In this document: positions 60,016 through 64,000 of the stretch, piece after piece
Layout: each line of letters opens with the position of its first letter
Numbering within the stretch: position 1 is the stretch's first letter
From: an uncultured Candidatus Poseidoniales archaeon
Lineage (GTDB): Archaea > Thermoplasmatota > Poseidoniia > Poseidoniales > Poseidoniaceae
DNA length: 64,000 nucleotides
Direction: 5' to 3'
Assembly (NCBI GenBank): GCA_964526445.1
Contig: CAZGIY010000001.1
Location: forward strand, 20,363-84,362
The notes under the pieces: model-generated
Seen by the model: the letters and a program-made list of their open reading frames with translations, nothing else
Database searches by the model: none
What the model was told of the DNA's origin: nothing
Translations under genes and position numbers: made by a program

Positions 60016-61004
60016 CTCCGCACCGTCCCACTGAGAAGATGAATGAATGCTGACTCAGCAGCAATGGTATCGAGACCACTTGTCCAGCCAGCGGCGCCAT
60101 CATGTCCCCCGCCCTCTCCGCCATGGCTAATTGACAGTTGTTCCATTATTTTTCCAAGACGCAAGCCTTCCAATACTGAAGAACGGTTTGCCCTGACAGT
60201 CATTCGAGTAACTCCATCTCTTCTGCGTAGTACCATTGCAACATCTGCTCCAGCAGACATCAAAGCCCTACAGACTACACTTTCCTGAGTTCCGGCTGTT
60301 GATTTTAGTAGCCACCAAGGTCCGGCATCAATCCCAACTGTTCTGGACAAAGATTTGGCAATCGCTCCCTTGTCCGAACGTGTAAGGTCGTCTTGTTCAA
60401 GTTCCTCAATGAAAGCAGCATAATCGAGAGTGCCTTCTGCAATTAGTTTGCAAGCACTTTCAAATGAGCTTAAATCGGCATGCTTGAATCTACCCGTATC
60501 AGTAATTAATCCGGCTAACAGTAATGAAACAACCTCATTGCTCATACTGCTTAAGTGAAATTCGTGGAGGTAATCGTGTATTATCTGTGTTGTAGAAGAA
60601 ACATCCCAAGTAATATTCAGTCCGCCTTCCCCTGCATCCCAATCATTAGTTGAATGATGATCAATGATGCATAGTGGTACATCTTTTGGTAAGTCCAAAC
60701 CAACTTGGTCGGGTGCTGCTGCATCTACGACAACAATCCCTGAAAGGGACTTTGGCCAACGAGGAGCATCTGCATCCAAGCGCATGAAGGGAGCGGAGAA
60801 TTTCTCAACCATTCTTGATGATAAACGGCTCAAGTGGACTCCACAAGCCATTGTAGAAGAGCAGGATGCGGCCAAGGCAATTGCTGAACCTACCGTATCC
60901 ATGTCTCCATTCTTATGCGTCAATACTGCGATTGCACCTCTATTCGCGGCTTCATCCATCCAATCAGCAAGACTCTGCAACTGGGACTCTTGTTCAGAAC
61001 TCAC
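60012..61004 (-). CDS. DHH-family phosphoesterase
   Basis: HKNGDMD, VVVD, IIDHH, GLITDTGRF, GGGHDGAAG. Confidence 0.9.
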   Translation of the reverse strand: MSSEQESQLQSLADWMDEAANRGAIAVLTHKNGDMDTVGSAIALAASCSSTMACGVHLSRLSSRMVEKFSAPFMRLDADAPRWPKSLSGIVVVDAAAPDQVGLDLPKDVPLCIIDHHSTNDWDAGEGGLNITWDVSSTTQIIHDYLHEFHLSSMSNEVVSLLLAGLITDTGRFKHADLSSFESACKLIAEGTLDYAAFIEELEQDDLTRSDKGAIAKSLSRTVGIDAGPWWLLKSTAGTQESVVCRALMSAGADVAMVLRRRDGVTRMTVRANRSSVLEGLRLGKIMEQLSISHGGEGGGHDGAAGWTSGLDTIAAESAFIHLLSGTVRR

Positions 61005-61318
61005 TTGCTCGCCTCTAGAGTCTTTACCAGATTTTCATATTCTTCTCGCAATTCATCCTCTCTGTTAGCAAGAGTGGAAACGTGTTCTTCAATACGCGCC
61101 CTCCCATCTTCAAGCTCTTCTACCAATGTCTCAATCTCTTGAACTCTAACGAGAACCCCTCCTCGTTGTCGGTACACAGTATGGTCCTCTAGTTGAGTAG
61201 ACAATAGGCTCAGAGTTTCTTTGATTTCCCTTACTTGGTTGCTAAGAGCACCGAGTTGTTGAGCCACCAATTGTATCTCCTGAATCACTTCTTGTATGCG
61301 GAGAGCGCTATCTTCCAT
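61001..61318 (-). CDS. pfdB: Prefoldin beta subunit
   Basis: Coiled coils flanking VYRQRGGVLV hairpin; superoperon position; AGGTGA SD. Confidence 0.85.
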   Translation of the reverse strand: MEDSALRIQEVIQEIQLVAQQLGALSNQVREIKETLSLLSTQLEDHTVYRQRGGVLVRVQEIETLVEELEDGRARIEEHVSTLANREDELREEYENLVKTLEASK

Positions 61319-61342
61319 GTCATCACCTATTTCTGCCAAGGG

Positions 61343-61570
61343 CTATGAGTCAAGAATCCTATCCTCAAGGATTGACATCACAGATTCTACAGCCTCTACT
61401 GAACGCATCCTAGTATTCCACATTGCCCGAAGATCATTGGCGGCATTTTCATTCAGTGAGAATGACAATATATCTCCAGATATAGTGGCCTTAATCTCGC
61501 CATGCATAGATGCTGCGAGAGATTTAACATTCAAACTATGAATTTGAACTACAAGATTCCAGGAGGTCAT
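61343..61570 (-). CDS. pcc1: KEOPS subunit Pcc1-like
   Basis: 75 aa, DLRAMWNTRMR helix; between rpl37ae and pfdB. Confidence 0.65.
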   Translation of the reverse strand: MTSWNLVVQIHSLNVKSLAASMHGEIKATISGDILSFSLNENAANDLRAMWNTRMRSVEAVESVMSILEDRILDS

Positions 61571-61586
61571 GCAACCACCTGTTGAA

Positions 61587-61946
61587 TCACTCTTCCTCGT
61601 TTACTTCGCCCTCAGCTACTTTACGCTCATATTCTAGAGCGGCTTGCTGGGCAATCAGTGCCATATCGGATGCGGTTGCTCCATCGACGCTTCTTCGGAT
61701 GATTCTGTTATTTGCTTCAGAGGCGCGGGTGAAAGGCTCCCAAGCACCGCCAGCAAAACTGTGTCCGCACTTGCCACATGTCCAAATGCCGACCGCATCA
61801 CGTGAAACTTTCTGATATTGGCAAACTGGGCAAGAATACTTCCTAGCGCGCTTGCGTAGAATCTTTCCAGCATTGCGTCGTACGCTCACTCCATAGCGTG
61901 GACCGAATCTGGCTGCGGCTCCAACCTTCTGGGTTCTCTTTGCCAT
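61587..61946 (-). CDS. rpl37ae: Ribosomal protein eL43 (L37Ae) with C-terminal extension
   Basis: RFGPRYG, CPVC...GIWTCGKC, AGGAW. Confidence 0.95.
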   Translation of the reverse strand: MAKRTQKVGAAARFGPRYGVSVRRNAGKILRKRARKYSCPVCQYQKVSRDAVGIWTCGKCGHSFAGGAWEPFTRASEANNRIIRRSVDGATASDMALIAQQAALEYERKVAEGEVNEEE

Positions 61947-61951
61947 CTTCA

Positions 61952-62734
61952 TCACTCCTGTGCGTGTACCATATCTCTGAGTTCAGCGCATCTCTTGCCT
62001 GCTTCAGCGAGTATCTCTGCGAATTCTGCCGGCGAAAGAACTCCTCTTAACCCCTTCTGCAAAGAGTGGAGGTGCCCTTCATCACCTAGTGTGATGTGAA
62101 TCCTCTCATCTCCACCCAATTCTTCTTGCTCACATGCATCATAGACATAACGTCCACCGGCTCTCTGGTATGAGCACATAGTGGGGGTGGAAGATAATTC
62201 CAATTTGAAATCCTCCCCGACATCGAACCGCTCTGCAGGAACGACGGCAGTCCTCAGAGCAGCAATCGCCGCAGTAGCACATGCGTCGAAGATATTTCCT
62301 CTGTCAGAGAGGACGTGTAGATCAACCATAACTCGCCAAACCTTTTCACCTGGTACGATGCAAAGAGATTCCATATCGATACAACCGCTTTCGCGAATTC
62401 CTCTGTCAACTACTCTACCTAATTCAATAGATGCGGGGCTAGGTGGGCCTGGTTCATATTTTCGGTGTGCAACAGGACGTAATTCCGCACCCGTCATCAA
62501 TGACCCGTGAGTTGGTCGGTCCGAATATGGAGTTGCAACATCAAATTTCACTCCGGCATAAACGATGGTATCTCCCAACACTACTTTCGCACTACCTTCA
62601 GCATTGTACAACACGCCAGTCTCAAGAGTCATCTCTCTACTTTGCCATCGGCTTCTGTCATCAATTCTCTTGTCCTGCAAGGCAAGATCTTGTAACTGCT
62701 GGCGCAATAGTTGAGGAACTAATTCAACCATCAT
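61952..62734 (-). CDS. rrp42: Exosome subunit Rrp42
   Basis: AEGSA, YAGVK, EPGPP, ELGRVVDRGIRES, DRGNIFDA. Confidence 0.95.
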   Translation of the reverse strand: MMVELVPQLLRQQLQDLALQDKRIDDRSRWQSREMTLETGVLYNAEGSAKVVLGDTIVYAGVKFDVATPYSDRPTHGSLMTGAELRPVAHRKYEPGPPSPASIELGRVVDRGIRESGCIDMESLCIVPGEKVWRVMVDLHVLSDRGNIFDACATAAIAALRTAVVPAERFDVGEDFKLELSSTPTMCSYQRAGGRYVYDACEQEELGGDERIHITLGDEGHLHSLQKGLRGVLSPAEFAEILAEAGKRCAELRDMVHAQE

Positions 62735-63456
62735 TCATCACCTCCAGCACTGTCAAGCAAGGCTTGTTTCATTAGTTCATGAATCTCCCTCGCCGCCTTG
62801 AAATTGTATTCTGAGGCTAATTCATATTCTTCAACAGACAAATCTCCATCCATTTGTAAGAAAGCAATCTCTCCAGTATTCGGCAATATTCCCATAGGTA
62901 AATCTGCTTGCCCATAGTTATCTTCTGCCTTATCTAAATCGAGTACTACTACGTCATCGATTTTACCGCTGGCAACACCTACAATCATGTCCTTCATCGG
63001 TATTCCTGCATTAGCAAGAGCAACAGATGCTGCGGTAATTCCAACACAACGAGTTCCTGCTTCAGCAGCAAGTATCTCAATCTCGACCCTAATCTTTGAA
63101 CGCGGGTATCTCTCAACGAGAACCACACTTTCCAATGCTTCAGCGGTAACCTTGCTTATTTCTCGGCTTCTTCGATTGAAACCTGGTCTGATTCGATCCG
63201 AAGTAGAGAATGGAGCCATATTGTATCGAACGTCGATTACAGCTCGTTCCTGGCGCTGAATCTTACGGGGGTGCGCTTCCATTGGACCATAAACAGCTGC
63301 TACTGCAACATTCAATCCGTGCTTAACCCAAGCCGAACCATCAGCAGCAGGCAACACACCTGCCCTGACCTCAACTTCTCTCAACTCATCCACGGCACGG
63401 CCATCTAGGCGCTTACCGTCCTCTCTAAGCAGTTTGACATCTCCATATCCTCCCAT
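62731..63456 (-). CDS. rrp41: Exosome subunit Rrp41
   Basis: RLDGR, ADGSA, YNMAPFS, RRSREISKV, AGTR, EDNYGQAD, LQMDG. Confidence 0.96.
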   Translation of the reverse strand: MGGYGDVKLLREDGKRLDGRAVDELREVEVRAGVLPAADGSAWVKHGLNVAVAAVYGPMEAHPRKIQRQERAVIDVRYNMAPFSTSDRIRPGFNRRSREISKVTAEALESVVLVERYPRSKIRVEIEILAAEAGTRCVGITAASVALANAGIPMKDMIVGVASGKIDDVVVLDLDKAEDNYGQADLPMGILPNTGEIAFLQMDGDLSVEEYELASEYNFKAAREIHELMKQALLDSAGGDE

Positions 63457-64000
63457 CATTCATCACCTCCAAGTACTTCTGATAACCTATCGTGTAAACC
63501 TGGCGCATGGCCAGTTTCTGAAATGGTCTTCAGTGCCGAACGTGCAATGGCAATCCCTTCTGGAGATCCATCGATAAGAATACGACCGTTTTGTGCGGCC
63601 ACAATTCTACAATCGCTGGATTCTTTGATTCTCTGCAAGGTTCTACCCTTGCTACCGATAACTAAGGACAATACATGTGGTGCTACTTGTTCAATGCAAC
63701 CTTGCTTAATCTTGCGCAATCCGACACCCTTCATGGTAGCCACTACGGAATGGGTCTCATCAACTTCCATAACCCTAGCTAAAACGGCATCACCGAAACC
63801 AAGGTGTTGGCGGGCCGCGCCGAATTCAACTTTCCAAGGAGCCAAACTCATTGGCAAAAGAGCGTTGAATGGACCTCTTACATCGAGGAACCACAAATTA
63901 TTCTGTACCGCTTCTACATAGCCAATCACAAGATCCCCTGACCTCGGCATGTAGGCAGTGTTCGTAGGCATGACATGAACGACATCGCCGTTCATCCTTA
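63456..64000 (-). CDS. rrp4: Exosome subunit Rrp4 (start beyond window)
   Basis: YMPRSGDLVIG S1 domain, KH VIGSKG, AQNGRI, HAPGL. Confidence 0.9.
   Translation of the reverse strand, partial: RMNGDVVHVMPTNTAYMPRSGDLVIGYVEAVQNNLWFLDVRGPFNALLPMSLAPWKVEFGAARQHLGFGDAVLARVMEVDETHSVVATMKGVGLRKIKQGCIEQVAPHVLSLVIGSKGRTLQRIKESSDCRIVAAQNGRILIDGSPEGIAIARSALKTISETGHAPGLHDRLSEVLGGDE

Overview
Gene-dense, streamlined archaeal chromosome segment. The gene set (Kae1, Tsr3, aMBF1, PAN, PriS, aEF-2/uS7/uS12, exosome superoperon, IPK) and protein style fit Thermoplasmatota, most likely Marine Group II (Ca. Poseidoniales); this assignment is inference. It holds about 60 CDSs and one tRNA-Val(GAC); no CRISPR array, integrase or transposase was seen. 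Main blocks: (1) histidine catabolism (hutI, hutH, hutU, split formiminotransferase/cyclodeaminase) interleaved with an NAD-type formate dehydrogenase; (2) futalosine menaquinone genes mqnE/mqnA/mqnD; (3) split transketolase plus transaldolase; (4) isoprenoid genes IPK, IDI1-GGPP synthase fusion and a UbiD; (5) translation and RNA-decay housekeeping. Most notable: a single-repeat (half-size) deoxyhypusine-hydroxylase-like protein, a membrane-anchored four-EF-hand/zinc-ribbon protein facing a DUF835 gene, a MamK-like actin, the His-to-formate-to-NADH cluster, and a frameshift in priS. All family calls come from motif recognition and recall; no database search was run.
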